DNA of 64,000 nucleotides from Candidatus Thiovulum karukerense (GCA_024281215.1 JAMJTX010000134.1:1569-65568); one strand, 5' to 3'; numbered from the stretch's first letter, positions 1-10,469 are shown. Notes: generated from the letters alone by a model not told the origin. Translations and numbers: made by a program.

Positions 1-446
1 AGCTCAATTGGATTAATGGAGAGTATCTTAAAAAAAGAAGTCGAGAAGAGTTGGCAAAAGATTTAAATATTGAACCAACCCCAATTATTAATCTTGTTAA
101 AGATAGATGTTCAACTCTTGGAGAGCTTCAAACAGAGATTGATAAGATTCTTCTTCGACCAGAAAGCTATGATAGTAAATCAATTAAAAAACACTTTAAA
201 GAGTTGAATCGAGAGCTTTTAGAGGAGTTTTTAGAGCAACTTAAAAGTAGTGAAAATAGTTGTGAAGAGATTTTTTCATCTATTCTTGAAAAGAGTGGAA
301 CTGGAATGGTTAAATTAGCTCAACCAGTTAGAATTGCTCTTGTTGGAGTTGCTCAAAGTCCATCAGTTGTTGATGTTGTATCAATTCTTGGAAGAGATGA
401 GGTGGTTTATAGAATAGAGAAGTTCTTAGAGTCTCAAAAGGGTTAA
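1..446 (+). CDS. gltX: Glutamyl-tRNA synthetase, C-terminal fragment (5' end outside window)
   Basis: Frame is open from base 3 ([11 protein letters not shown]...) to the stop at 444-446. The tail ...[37 protein letters not shown] resembles the GltX C-terminal domain. Confidence 0.7.
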   Translation, partial: LNWINGEYLKKRSREELAKDLNIEPTPIINLVKDRCSTLGELQTEIDKILLRPESYDSKSIKKHFKELNRELLEEFLEQLKSSENSCEEIFSSILEKSGTGMVKLAQPVRIALVGVAQSPSVVDVVSILGRDEVVYRIEKFLESQKG

Positions 447-450
447 TAGT

Positions 451-1094
451 ATGATTGATAAAAAGAGGATTTATAATCCTGACTCGAAAGAGATAACAAA
501 AGAGCGAAAGATATTTGGCGGAAATCCGACGGGTATTTTTGAGCTTAATGATATTAAATATCAATGGGCTTATAATCTTTGGGAAGCGATGTTAAATAAC
601 ACCTGGTTTCCAAAAGAGGTGAATATGAATAGCGATGTCAAGGATTATCGTGATGGTCTAAGTGATAGAGAGAAGAATGCTTATGATAAAGCTCTTGCTC
701 AACTTATTTTTATGGATTCTCTACAGACAAACAACATTATTGATAATGTAAATCCATACATTACAGCACCAGAAATTAATCTTATTCTGGTTAGACAATC
801 GTTTGAGGAGGCTCTTCATAGTCAATCGTATGCTGTTATGGTTGATTCTATCTCATCAAATAGTGATGAGATTTATCAACTATGGCGAAAAGATATGATG
901 TTGAAGACCAAGAATGACTCTATCGCAAGAGTCTATGAGGAGTTAGCAGAGAAACCAACAGCTCATAACTTTCTAAAATCTCTCTTTGCAAACCAAATTC
1001 TTGAGGGGATCTACTTCTACTCTGGTTTTGCATATATATATGCTCTTGCAAAGAGTGGAAAGATGTTAGGAAGTTCTCAGATGATCAAGTTCAT
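451..1094 (+). CDS. nrdB: Ribonucleotide reductase class I beta subunit, exon 1
   Basis: [10 protein letters not shown]...[22 protein letters not shown] and EEALHSQSY iron-ligand motif. Homology ends at ...SSQMIKFI, and the remaining 7 codons to the stop (KLIVTI*) are intron sequence. Boundary is +/- a few nt. Confidence 0.85.
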
Positions 1095-2023
1095 TAAATT
1101 AATAGTGACTATATAACAGAAATGTATATAGAAAACCTCCTTAAAACGGGAAACTCTGACCGAGTCGTGTCGAAGACAATCCGTTGCTAAAGAGTGCTTT
1201 AAGTTGTCTTATCTTACAGTATCTCATCTCGACAAAAAGGATATTAAGATGAGACAAATCTTGGATTATCCAAACTATTCAGTAACATCTGATGGAAAAG
1301 TTATCTCAAATCAGAGAGTTGCAGGAAGAAGTGGAAAGGGTATCAGTACAAAAGAGAAAGAGTTAGCACAGATGTATAATCAAAGAGGCTACAAAATGGT
1401 AAATCTTATTAGAGATAAAAAATCGAAAACAAGATATGTTCATAGATTAGTAGCTCAAGCTTTTATACCTAATCCAGATAATTTACCTCAAGTCAATCAT
1501 ATTGATGGTAATAAAGAGAATAATGATGTTGCTAACCTTGAATGGGTATCAGCAAAAGAGAATAATCATCATGCATTAAGAACTGGACTTAGAACAGGTC
1601 AAAAGGGTAGTGCAAACTCTCAATCCAAGCTACAAGAAGAAGATGCAATTAAAATAATTCATTTAGTTATGCAGGGACTATCTAATATAGAGATAGCAGA
1701 ACAGTTTAAACTGCACGATAGATATGTCTCTTTAATCAGAGGTAAAAAAAGATGGAAACATTTATGGGAGACAATGTATCAAAATGAAGAAGTTCCATAT
1801 TCTTGTAGAAAAAGAACAAAAGCATTTAATGCCGAACGACTATCGAAAGCACAGCTTACAGAAAAGCTGGAAGCGAGTAGAGTAGAATCAAGTGATTCGA
1901 AACGGGAGGACTCTTAGCAGAATCAATGATTGCTGAAGAGTGTGATATAGTCTGCTCTATATGGAAACATATAGCTGGATATAGTTCCGGAGTAAGATTA
2001 ACGACCTTACTTGAACATCAAGG
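1095..2023 (+). mobile_element. Group I intron (about 929 nt) interrupting nrdB, carrying a homing-endonuclease ORF
   Basis: It interrupts the conserved NrdB I-x-RDE-x-x-H motif. Exon TCAT (1091-1094) can pair with GTGA (1105-1108), giving a U.G wobble at the 5' splice site. The last intron base is G (2023). A GAAA-capped 7-bp hairpin lies at 1957-1974. Joining 1094 to 2024 restores the frame (..KF-I-QRDEVTH..). Confidence 0.75.
1249..1917 (+). CDS. Intron-encoded HNH homing endonuclease (NUMOD4-like N-terminus, HNH core, C-terminal HTH)
   Basis: [20 protein letters not shown] (NUMOD4-like); [40 protein letters not shown] (HNH); [22 protein letters not shown] (HTH). An AAGGA RBS precedes the ATG at 1249, so the track ORF start at 1204 (TTG) is probably too early. 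Confidence 0.8.
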   Translation: MRQILDYPNYSVTSDGKVISNQRVAGRSGKGISTKEKELAQMYNQRGYKMVNLIRDKKSKTRYVHRLVAQAFIPNPDNLPQVNHIDGNKENNDVANLEWVSAKENNHHALRTGLRTGQKGSANSQSKLQEEDAIKIIHLVMQGLSNIEIAEQFKLHDRYVSLIRGKKRWKHLWETMYQNEEVPYSCRKRTKAFNAERLSKAQLTEKLEASRVESSDSKREDS

Positions 2024-2423
2024 ACAAAGAGACGAGGTGACACACCTCTTAATTTACCAAAATATGATTAAAGATCTGAAGAAAGAGAGACCAGACCTAT
2101 TTACAACTCAGCTCATTGAAGAGGTTGAAGATATGTTTAAAGAGGCAGTTGAACTTGAGACAGCTTGGGGTAAATATATTACCGATGGAGAGATTCTTGG
2201 ATTGACAGATAAACTTATTGAAGATTACATCAAATATCTTGCAAATCAGAGACTCTCAAAAGTTGGTATGCAACCTCTATATTTAGTTAATGAGAATCCT
2301 CTTAAATGGGTTGATGATTTTGCAAAGTTTAATGACCAGCGAACAAACTTCTTTGAGGGGAATGTTACCAACTACACAAAAGGTTCATTAACCTTTGAAG
2401 ATGACTGGGATAGAGACTTTTAA
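2024..2423 (+). CDS. nrdB: Ribonucleotide reductase class I beta subunit, exon 2
   Basis: [18 protein letters not shown]... continues NrdB through to the C-terminal tail. The track ORF residues before QRDE (1926-2023) are intron sequence. Confidence 0.85.
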
Positions 2424-2507
2424 TAGTTTCTGTTATTACCATAGATGAGTTAGTGATCTATCACTGAGATCGAAAAGATAGATAGATTATAATTCGCAAT
2501 CAATTTT

Positions 2508-2529
2508 ACCCCCTAAAGAGTTTGGGGGT
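2508..2529 (+). terminator. Hairpin ACCCCC-N10-GGGGGT downstream of nrdB
   Basis: Perfect 6-bp GC-rich stem followed by a T-containing tract (ttaccaaatttcttt). Confidence 0.5.
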
Positions 2530-2584
2530 TACCAAATTTCTTTAAGGGAGAGGTGCTAGATTCAGTTTTAGTGCCAAATATAGT

Positions 2585-3598
2585 ATGAGCCTAAATAGTA
2601 TCAATTTAGTAGAGGAGATAGAGCGACTTAAGAGAGAGCTTGATGTTACTGTTGTCGCTCACTTCTATCAGAAAGATGAGGTTTTTCAGTTAGCTGATAT
2701 AACTGGTGACAGTCTAGAACTTGCAAAAAAGACAGTCAGTAGTGATAGTGAGTTTGTTGTCTTTTGTGGTGTAGGTTTTATGGGTGAGAGTGTTAAAGTT
2801 CTTAATCCAGAAAAGAGAGTAATTATGCCTAAAATGGCTTGTTGCTCAATGGCACAGATGATTGATGGAAACTACTATGATAAATCTATTGAGATTCTTC
2901 AGAAGAGCGGTGTCGCTAAAGAGAATATTATGCCCATTACATATATCAACAGCAGTGCTGAAGTAAAAGCAAAAGTTGGAGAGATGGGCGGAATGGTCTG
3001 TACAAGCTCAAATGCTGAGATGATTATTACCAATGCTCTGGATAGTGGAAAGAAGATTCTCTTTGTTCCTGATAGATGTCTTGGACAGAATATTGCAAAT
3101 AAGATGGGATTAAAATCATCGATTGTTAATATTCTTGATGATAGGGCTGATGAGGTTCATCAAGAAGCAGATGTTATCTGTTATGATGGTTTCTGTTCTG
3201 TCCATCAGCTCTTCTCAACTGATGATATAGATTTCTACCGAGAGAAGTATCCAGATATTCTTGTAGCTGTTCATCCAGAGTGCGATCCAGCTATTGTTGA
3301 GAAATCTGACTTCACAGGTTCAACTTCACAGCTGATTAAATATATCAAAGATTTACCAGAAGATCAGAAAGTTGTTGTTGGAACTGAGTTTAATATGGTC
3401 AATAGACTGAGAGAGAAGAATACTTATGTTCTATCTTCAACAAAACCAGAATGTCCAACAATGAATGAGACTACCCTTGAGGATCTATATCGAACTCTTA
3501 AAAGTATCGAAGATGGTGAGCCATTCTATGAGGTTGAATTGGATTCAACTGTTCAGCAAAATGCAAAACTTGCTCTTGAGAGAATGTTAGCTCTTTAA
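2585..3598 (+). CDS. nadA: Quinolinate synthase
   Basis: 337 aa with NadA-like layout (VVAHFYQ, FCGVGFMGES, MVCTSSNA, VHPEC, PECPTMN). Confidence 0.85.
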   Translation: MSLNSINLVEEIERLKRELDVTVVAHFYQKDEVFQLADITGDSLELAKKTVSSDSEFVVFCGVGFMGESVKVLNPEKRVIMPKMACCSMAQMIDGNYYDKSIEILQKSGVAKENIMPITYINSSAEVKAKVGEMGGMVCTSSNAEMIITNALDSGKKILFVPDRCLGQNIANKMGLKSSIVNILDDRADEVHQEADVICYDGFCSVHQLFSTDDIDFYREKYPDILVAVHPECDPAIVEKSDFTGSTSQLIKYIKDLPEDQKVVVGTEFNMVNRLREKNTYVLSSTKPECPTMNETTLEDLYRTLKSIEDGEPFYEVELDSTVQQNAKLALERMLAL

Positions 3599-3605
3599 AT
3601 CAGAC

Positions 3606-3625
3606 AGGGGGGCTTTATAACCCCT
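3606..3625. terminator. Hairpin AGGGG-N10-CCCCT between convergent nadA and pgk
   Basis: 5-bp G/C stem in a 49-bp convergent gap with T-rich flanks. Confidence 0.4.
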
Positions 3626-3647
3626 CCTATTTATATTGCAAATAGTA

Positions 3648-4847
3648 CTAATTTTCCTCTTTTACAAGAGGTACAACACCTGGAAGAACTTTCCCCTCAA
3701 TTAGCTCAAGAGAAGCTCCACCACCTGTTGAGATAAAACTCATATCCTCATCAAGACCTGTTCGTTTAATAAGGTCAGCAGTATCACCACCCCCAATAAC
3801 AGTTGTTGCAAAACTATCAGCAACAGTATGAGCAAGTTTAAAGCTACCTCGAGAGAACTTCTCAATCTCATAAACTCCCATCGGTCCATTCCATAGAATA
3901 GTCTGAGAGTCTCGAATCGCAAGTTGGAAATATTTTACAGAGGCTGGTCCAATATCTAACCCCATCCACTTATCAGGAATCTCTTTTGTTGTTACAGCTT
4001 TAATTGTAGCCTTATCTGAGAATTTATCAGATGCAATAACATCAACAGGCAGGAATAACTTAACACCAAGTTTTCTAGCCTCTCTCATAATATTGAGAGC
4101 CTCCGGCATTAGATCATCTTCAACAATTGAGTTTCCAACATCTTCACCCATAGCTTTAAGGAATGTAAATGCCATTCCTCCACCAATTACAAGTTTATCA
4201 ACTCTTGGAAGAAGATTTTGAAGAGCCTCAAGTTTTCCAGAGACTTTACTTCCACCAACAATTGCTGTAAATGGTCTTGCTGGAGCATTGAGAAGTTTTG
4301 AGAAGAACTCAATCTCTTTTTGAAGTAGGAATCCAGCAGCCTTTTTCCCAACTTCAAAATATTCTGTAATTCCATTAACAGATGAGTGGGCTCGGTGGCT
4401 AACACCAAAAGCATCATTTATATAGAGTTCAGCAAACTCAGATAGAGCCTTTGAGAACTCCTCATCGTTTTTTGTCTCACCAGCTTCAAATCGGAGGTTT
4501 TCAAGAAGAAGAACCTCCCCAACTTTAAGATTTTTAGCTTTCTCTTTTGCATCATCTCCAACAACATCATCAGCGAGTTGAATATCCATATGGAGAAGAC
4601 TGTGGAGTCGTCTCTGAACAGGCTTCAGAGAGTATTTTGGATCATACTTACCTTTTGGTCTTCCAAAGTGAGAACCAAGGACAACAGAGGCATTATTATC
4701 TAAACAGTACTCAATTGTTGATAGAGCCGATCTAATTCTTCTGTCGTCTGTAATATTTCCAAATTCATCAAGTGGAACATTGAAGTCACATCTGATAAAT
4801 ACCTGTCTTCCCTCTAAGTCTAAATCTTTAAGGTTGTATAGTGTCAT
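3648..4847 (-). CDS. pgk: Phosphoglycerate kinase
   Basis: 399 aa; [29 protein letters not shown] and STGGGASLE motifs. Confidence 0.95.
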   Translation of the reverse strand: MTLYNLKDLDLEGRQVFIRCDFNVPLDEFGNITDDRRIRSALSTIEYCLDNNASVVLGSHFGRPKGKYDPKYSLKPVQRRLHSLLHMDIQLADDVVGDDAKEKAKNLKVGEVLLLENLRFEAGETKNDEEFSKALSEFAELYINDAFGVSHRAHSSVNGITEYFEVGKKAAGFLLQKEIEFFSKLLNAPARPFTAIVGGSKVSGKLEALQNLLPRVDKLVIGGGMAFTFLKAMGEDVGNSIVEDDLMPEALNIMREARKLGVKLFLPVDVIASDKFSDKATIKAVTTKEIPDKWMGLDIGPASVKYFQLAIRDSQTILWNGPMGVYEIEKFSRGSFKLAHTVADSFATTVIGGGDTADLIKRTGLDEDMSFISTGGGASLELIEGKVLPGVVPLVKEEN

Positions 4848-4856
4848 GGTAATAAC

Positions 4857-5858
4857 CTACTTTTGACTCACAAAAACAGCCATATCTACAAGTCGGTTTG
4901 AATAACCCCACTCATTATCGTACCAAGCCATAACTTTAACCATATTGCCATCGATAACTTGAGTTAAATCCTCTGCAACAATTGAGCTATTTGAATCCCC
5001 TTGGAAATCTTGAGATACTCTGTATTCGCTATCAATTGCGATAATACCTTTTAGTTCTCCCTCAGCTTTCTCTCGAAGAATCGCATTAACCTCCTCTTTA
5101 GTTGTGTTCTTTTTAACGAGAACATTTAGATCAACCATAGATACATTTGGAGTTGGAACTCTTACACTCTGACCGTGAAGCTTCCCTTTGAGTTGTGGAA
5201 GGACAAGACCAATAGCCTTTGCTGCACCTGTTGTTGTAGGAATCATATTAACAGCAGCAGCTCTTGCTCGTCTCTTGTCTTTTTTATGTTTTACATCAAG
5301 AATATTCTGGTCATTTGTGTAGCTGTGGATAGTTGTCATAAGACCCTTGTCGATACCAAAAGCATCATCAAGAACTCGTGCAACTGGTGCTAAACAGTTT
5401 GTTGTACAACTAGCATTTGAGACAATATCTTGACCCGTATACTCCTCGTTATTAACACCGATAACAAAAGTATCAGTATCATCTTTAGCAGGAGCTGAGA
5501 ATACAACTTTTCTAACACCATCTTTAAGATGAACTTGAGCTTTCTCTTTTGTTAAAAATACACCTGTACATTCAAGAACAACCTCTGCACCTAACTCACC
5601 AAAGTTTAAGTTGTTTGGATCTTTATCAGATAACATCTTAACCTTCATATCACCCATTCTGATATAAGCATCTTCAAGAAGCTCTGTCTCAATATCAAAA
5701 TGTCCATGGACACTATCATTATCTAAAAGGTACTTAACCATATCTGGTTCTGCTAAATCATTGATTGCCACAAGCTCAACATCACTTCTCTTTGTGATGA
5801 TTCTTGCTACACTTCTACCGATACGACCGAAACCGTTAATTGCAACTTTTAATGCCAT
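4857..5858 (-). CDS. gapA: Glyceraldehyde-3-phosphate dehydrogenase
   Basis: 333 aa; INGFGRIGR, SNASCTTNCLAP active site, WYDNEWGYS. Confidence 0.95.
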   Translation of the reverse strand: MALKVAINGFGRIGRSVARIITKRSDVELVAINDLAEPDMVKYLLDNDSVHGHFDIETELLEDAYIRMGDMKVKMLSDKDPNNLNFGELGAEVVLECTGVFLTKEKAQVHLKDGVRKVVFSAPAKDDTDTFVIGVNNEEYTGQDIVSNASCTTNCLAPVARVLDDAFGIDKGLMTTIHSYTNDQNILDVKHKKDKRRARAAAVNMIPTTTGAAKAIGLVLPQLKGKLHGQSVRVPTPNVSMVDLNVLVKKNTTKEEVNAILREKAEGELKGIIAIDSEYRVSQDFQGDSNSSIVAEDLTQVIDGNMVKVMAWYDNEWGYSNRLVDMAVFVSQK

Positions 5859-5939
5859 AAAAACCCTATTCCTATTTTGTATTTAAAATCTATTTTTAAT
5901 TTTAGCAAAAAATATTAAAAAAGAATTGTGTGTGAAAGA

Positions 5940-5979
5940 AATCACCTTACCCCATACTATGTAAGAGTATGAGGTGATT
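5940..5979 (-). terminator. Long hairpin downstream of the 6001-6393 lipoprotein gene
   Basis: AATCACCT...AGGTGATT outer stem (8 bp) plus ATACT/AGTAT inner stem. A T-rich run follows on the minus strand. Confidence 0.5.
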
Positions 5980-6000
5980 ACAGTTTGTTAATCAAGTCTA

Positions 6001-6393
6001 TTATATAACAGGTGGTTGAGGGGGAAACTCATCATTAGTTGAAGTTGGAATAGGGTGAGGCACAGCTCGATTTACTTTTGTTCCATCTGTTAATTCTATA
6101 CACTCTTCACCCTCACATACAGGAGTTGGCTCAATAGTATCTTCTTCACTTGAATCACTGCTATTTGATGTTGGCTCATCACTACTAGAGGGGTTGTCTG
6201 AACTTGAGTCAGATGTTGATGAACTACTATTTGCAGGGGGAGGTGATTGATTATCAGATGTTGAACTATTGTTGGGAGAGACCTCTGTTCCACCAGTATC
6301 ATCTTGAAGATTTGTACTGTTATCATTACACCCACTCAATAGAGCTGCTGCTCCAATCATTAGTGCCAATATATATTGTTTATCTATTCTCAT
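6001..6393 (-). CDS. Ser/Asp-rich lipoprotein, unknown function
   Basis: Signal peptide with lipobox LLSGC. Low-complexity S/D/N/P region. Its start overlaps the stop of the upstream gene (ATGA at 6390-6393). Confidence 0.6.
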   Translation of the reverse strand: MRIDKQYILALMIGAAALLSGCNDNSTNLQDDTGGTEVSPNNSSTSDNQSPPPANSSSSTSDSSSDNPSSSDEPTSNSSDSSEEDTIEPTPVCEGEECIELTDGTKVNRAVPHPIPTSTNDEFPPQPPVI

Positions 6394-8894
6394 TCAGCAA
6401 TCCTTTTTGTAAATAACTTTCCGTTATTAAGATAGAGAATATAATTACTGCTTAAATAGTTCATAAAGAGAACTCTTGAGTTACTGTCATAACTATTGAT
6501 AAAGCTATCACTACTATAAGCACTCTCTCGAATTAGAGCTGAATTACCACTCTCATCACTCTCAAGTCTATATGAATAGACACTACTTGCAACAGTTGAA
6601 GGAGAGTAGCTATTCCCATCATTCTGAATTGGTAATACAACTCTACTATCTTTATATCCAAATGTTTTACCAGAGTAATAGACTGGTGAGAAGTTATGAT
6701 AATCACCTATTGTTCGACTTGCCAACTCAACAGGTGTATCAATCACCTCTACATCAATAGCTCTTAGGGTAACTCCTCCATCTATACCTTTCTCATCAAC
6801 CTCTTGACCAACTAAAAACAGCCTCTTATCGTCAGTTGAGTAGTGTATATAGCTATTTTTACCATTAAGAGTGATAGAGCCTCCACTCTTTCTTGGAGCT
6901 TCTAAATCACTTAAGTCTATTAAGTAGAGAGGTTTATTAGCACTCTCTGATGATGCAACTGCTATATCGTCGTAAAACTTAACCCCCTCTAAGAAGTATC
7001 TATAATCAACAATATCTTGAAGAGTTCCAAGAGAATCAAATGTGCCATCACCCTTATCTTTCAGAATATCTATTCTTCCTCGTCCCTTATCTCCAGTTGA
7101 TAATTCACTCCGTGAAGCAACTCGAATTACACCACTATCTACACTACTCTCATCTAAACTAAATCGATCGATTAAAGATGAGTTCAGTTCGGTAGAAGCA
7201 ACATATTTAGGCTGATATTTAAAATAGAACTTATGGATATCTGTTCGTCCAGTTGTCTCTTCAAATGAGACTCTGTGAGGCGACTGAGAAGATGTGAAAT
7301 ATATACTACTCTCTGTAAATTTTACTAAATCCATCTCGCCCATAACTGTTAGGCTAGTAAGAAGTTTTCCACTCTCTATATTAAACTGTGAAACAGTATA
7401 TAGATCACTGTTTTGAGCTAAATTGCTTGATGCATAAAACTGTTTTGGGTCTTTAATCAACTCTTGCCAAACTCCAGTAGAGTCTGAATATTTTGGAGTT
7501 AAATAGCTCTCTTTCAGATCTGGATATTCATAGTTGTAACGATATAGAGTTCCATTTTCATCAGATTTTACATCATAACATCTCGCTCTATAATCTGCTG
7601 TATCTTCTGGATTAAAACAGCTATCACTCTGTTGAAGAAGAACTCGTGGATATTGAAGTTCTACACATGGTTCAAACTTTGTAATAACATATAGACTATT
7701 GTCAATTAACCTTGAACTATTAACCTCTCCATCAATGAAGATATCTCTTTTAGCTCGATATCCAATAGGATTGAGATTCAAGTCGTGAATAGTAATAGCA
7801 CTCTTCTTTTCTCGACATCTTTCAGCAAATGATGGAGATATTTTTGTGTCATTAATAGTCGAGAAACTAATTAATCTTCCACCACTGATAGCGAAATTTT
7901 TTAGAGAAGATGTTTTAAGTTGTCCATTTTCACTATACTCTAATTTAAACTCTTTTGGAGTGAAAACATCATTTGAGGCAAACCTACTTATCATTCCAGC
8001 TCTAACAGAGTTATCTTGCTTATAAAAAATATACTCATTGTACTCTTTGATAGTATCTGGAATCTCAACTCCATTGTATCTCTTCTCAAATCCACTATTA
8101 CCGTTTGTAATGCCATTGCTAACAATAGTATAACTATCTGTAACTGTTGTATCAGTCTGGAATATGTCTATTGATTCACTCCAGTTCCAGTAGTTCTGTT
8201 CTCGATTATTTATAACCAAGGTTTTTGATATATGATTATGGACACTATCTAGTGTTGTAAATGATGAGGTGATTTGATCGTCGCTACCTGTGAGGAGAAG
8301 CTCCCCTCCTCGCTTTGCTAAATCAACTGTTCTCTCTTCTGGCGAATAGAGCCAAAATCCTCTTTTACTATTAAGCTCATCAACCTCTGGAAAGTCAAAA
8401 AATGTGTAGTCTCGATTTGTCTGCCATTGCGAGTCTCTATCATACTTCCATATTTTAAACTCACTTAAAACTTTAGGGGAGATCACAGCATTGAAAGGGA
8501 TAGATAGAAGATTCCAGCCACGAGAGACGGTTACAGAGTCAAGAAGTTGAGATGATAGAGATGGTTCGTTACTCTCACTAACTGTTAAAGTCCAGTTGTT
8601 GTAACTAAAGACCCAGAGACCTTGCCACCGCTTAACTCTGTTTAATCGATTAATATTCTGACTATCAATAGCAGAAAGGACAGAAGTTTCAGGTGAGAAA
8701 CCTTCCCAGTCATTATATTCACTGTTGTAGCTCCAGACAAGTCGAACATCAGAGCGGTTAAATAGCCTCATATTCTCTGTATCAGCTGGAAGACCAATAA
8801 GTTGCCAACCACTCTTCATATTAATAGAGTACTCTTTTCCCCAGACAACGGAGTACATCAACACCATTAATATAAATAGATTTCTTTTCAACAT
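6390..8894 (-). CDS. Secreted beta-propeller-domain protein (Beta_propel-like) with N-terminal GW-module repeats
   Basis: 834 aa with a signal peptide. C-terminal half shows TDIHKFYF..YVAST..LIDRFSLDES..GVIRVASRS and PLYLIDLSDLEAPRKSG..NSYIHYS, which resemble the Beta_propel family pattern. Confidence 0.6.
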   Translation of the reverse strand: MLKRNLFILMVLMYSVVWGKEYSINMKSGWQLIGLPADTENMRLFNRSDVRLVWSYNSEYNDWEGFSPETSVLSAIDSQNINRLNRVKRWQGLWVFSYNNWTLTVSESNEPSLSSQLLDSVTVSRGWNLLSIPFNAVISPKVLSEFKIWKYDRDSQWQTNRDYTFFDFPEVDELNSKRGFWLYSPEERTVDLAKRGGELLLTGSDDQITSSFTTLDSVHNHISKTLVINNREQNYWNWSESIDIFQTDTTVTDSYTIVSNGITNGNSGFEKRYNGVEIPDTIKEYNEYIFYKQDNSVRAGMISRFASNDVFTPKEFKLEYSENGQLKTSSLKNFAISGGRLISFSTINDTKISPSFAERCREKKSAITIHDLNLNPIGYRAKRDIFIDGEVNSSRLIDNSLYVITKFEPCVELQYPRVLLQQSDSCFNPEDTADYRARCYDVKSDENGTLYRYNYEYPDLKESYLTPKYSDSTGVWQELIKDPKQFYASSNLAQNSDLYTVSQFNIESGKLLTSLTVMGEMDLVKFTESSIYFTSSQSPHRVSFEETTGRTDIHKFYFKYQPKYVASTELNSSLIDRFSLDESSVDSGVIRVASRSELSTGDKGRGRIDILKDKGDGTFDSLGTLQDIVDYRYFLEGVKFYDDIAVASSESANKPLYLIDLSDLEAPRKSGGSITLNGKNSYIHYSTDDKRLFLVGQEVDEKGIDGGVTLRAIDVEVIDTPVELASRTIGDYHNFSPVYYSGKTFGYKDSRVVLPIQNDGNSYSPSTVASSVYSYRLESDESGNSALIRESAYSSDSFINSYDSNSRVLFMNYLSSNYILYLNNGKLFTKRIAE

Positions 8895-9039
8895 TTTATA
8901 AACCCTTATACAATCTCAACTACATTTTAATTAAAGATAGAATCGCTTAAAGTAAAATAAATTTTAATCCGAAATATATCTAAATTCGGAGTTTTAAATA
9001 ATGTTAAAATTCTAACAAAAAAAGTGGTAAAGTTATTTT

Positions 9040-9534
9040 ATGCATAAAAGCCTCAATATCTTCTATATCTTTATTGCACTATTAGGAGAGCTTGTAGGAG
9101 CTACTTGGATAGACTCAAACACATATCTCATGTGGGAAGTAAAAAATGAGTATAACATAATGTATGAATATGATTGGAGAGAGGCAAATGATTATTGCGA
9201 ACATCTAGTATTAGATGGCTATGATGATTGGTGGTTACCATCAACTTCACAGTTGCGAACCATCTCCAACATAAGACTCTATGGAGAGTATAATGAGAAC
9301 TGGGATAGTTGGTTTTTACGAAGTGAGCGATATAAAAATAATGGTTATTTCATACGATCTGAACTCCAGTACAATATGGGAACAGAGGGAGATTACTGGT
9401 CTCTTTCAGATTATGCAAGTACTGCTAGAAGTGAAGAGGAGGAGGCTTGGTTTGTCGATTTTGAGGCTGGTTACGATGACTGGACATACACATCGAGCCA
9501 ACACTATGTTAGATGTGTTAGAAGCTCCTATTAG
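9040..9534 (+). CDS. Secreted DUF1566 (Lcl C-terminal domain)-like protein
   Basis: Signal peptide; W..A..YC....L.GYDDWWLPSTSQL and terminal HYVRCVR are typical of DUF1566. Confidence 0.6.
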   Translation: MHKSLNIFYIFIALLGELVGATWIDSNTYLMWEVKNEYNIMYEYDWREANDYCEHLVLDGYDDWWLPSTSQLRTISNIRLYGEYNENWDSWFLRSERYKNNGYFIRSELQYNMGTEGDYWSLSDYASTARSEEEEAWFVDFEAGYDDWTYTSSQHYVRCVRSSY

Positions 9535-9544
9535 GTTAAATTAG

Positions 9545-9895
9545 ATGGTAGTTGTAGATTGTAAATCTCCTATCTCTCAGGAGATATTAAAAAGAGTTTT
9601 AAAAGAGTCTATTGAGAGTAGATTAGAGAATAGTCACATTGAACTGATTGTTACTGATAGAGATGATATTAGGGGTTCTAATGTGGTCAATATTTCTCAT
9701 CTCCAACCACCTTTAAAACAAGAGGCTATTATTACTCTTATGAACGAGAGAGAGAGGCAATCAAATTTAGAGGCTAAAAAAGATTGTGATTGTAGTGAGG
9801 AGTTAGCAACTCTTAAAAGGGAGATTTTTGAACTTTTAACTGTCAGCAGTCAAGAAAGAGATAGAAAGATAGAGGCTCTTTTTGAAAAAAAATAA
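9545..9895 (+). CDS. Hypothetical protein
   Basis: 116-aa ORF, co-directional with rsmD and overlapping it by 14 nt. No recognisable motif. Confidence 0.4.
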   Translation: MVVVDCKSPISQEILKRVLKESIESRLENSHIELIVTDRDDIRGSNVVNISHLQPPLKQEAIITLMNERERQSNLEAKKDCDCSEELATLKREIFELLTVSSQERDRKIEALFEKK

Positions 9896-10469
9896 CTATA
9901 TACATATAAACTCTGGTAAATATAAGGGTAAAAAAATACTGCTTCCCGATGTAGAGACAACTCGTCCCTCTAAATCAATTGTTAGAAACTCAATTTTCGA
10001 TACCCTCCAAAATGAGGTATATAACAAAACTTTTATAGAGCTGTTTGGTGGAAGTGGGTCTGTTGGATTTGAAGCGATAAGTCGAGGAGCTTCTCAACTA
10101 TATCTGTTTGAGATGAATCGAGTTGCCCTAAAGACTCTTCAGCAGAACAGAAAGAGTTTTTCAGATGAGAATATTGAGATTATCGGAGGAGATAGTTTTC
10201 AAAATATCTATACAATTTTAGATAAACTACAAAACAATAGTTCAATTCTATATATTGATCCACCTTTCTCAATTCGAGATGGAATGGAGAATATATATAA
10301 TAAGCTATATGATTTAATAGATGAGCTTGTTGAGAGTAACAAGTTTAAATATATAATTATTGAACACTTATCTACGGAAAAACCTAAAGAGAGTTTTAGA
10401 AGCTTTTCTTTAAATAAGAGTAGAAAGTTTGGAAAAACAACTCTCTCCTATTATTTTCTAAGCAAATAG
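9882..10469 (+). CDS. rsmD: 16S rRNA (guanine966-N2)-methyltransferase
   Basis: SGKYKGKKILLPDVETTRPS, ELFGGSGSVGFEAISRGA and IDPPF motifs. Apparent TTG start. Confidence 0.8.
   Translation: MKKNNYIHINSGKYKGKKILLPDVETTRPSKSIVRNSIFDTLQNEVYNKTFIELFGGSGSVGFEAISRGASQLYLFEMNRVALKTLQQNRKSFSDENIEIIGGDSFQNIYTILDKLQNNSSILYIDPPFSIRDGMENIYNKLYDLIDELVESNKFKYIIIEHLSTEKPKESFRSFSLNKSRKFGKTTLSYYFLSK

Noticed and set aside
1926-2023. ATG-initiated ORF 1926-2423 read as an independent gene, and the TTG at 1204 as the endonuclease start.
   Set aside because: Residues before QRDEVTH have no NrdB similarity and lie in the intron 3' core. The region is better explained as nrdB exon 2 beginning at 2024. The endonuclease has a proper RBS and ATG at 1249.
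2531-2575. A possible extra repeat copy: ACCAAATTTCTT..GCTAGATTCAG (2531-2569) versus ACCAAATCTTCTT..GCAGATTCAG (28703-28740).
   Set aside because: The shared blocks are only 7 and 9 nt with variable spacing. In AT-rich sequence this could be chance, so a proper genome-wide alignment is needed.
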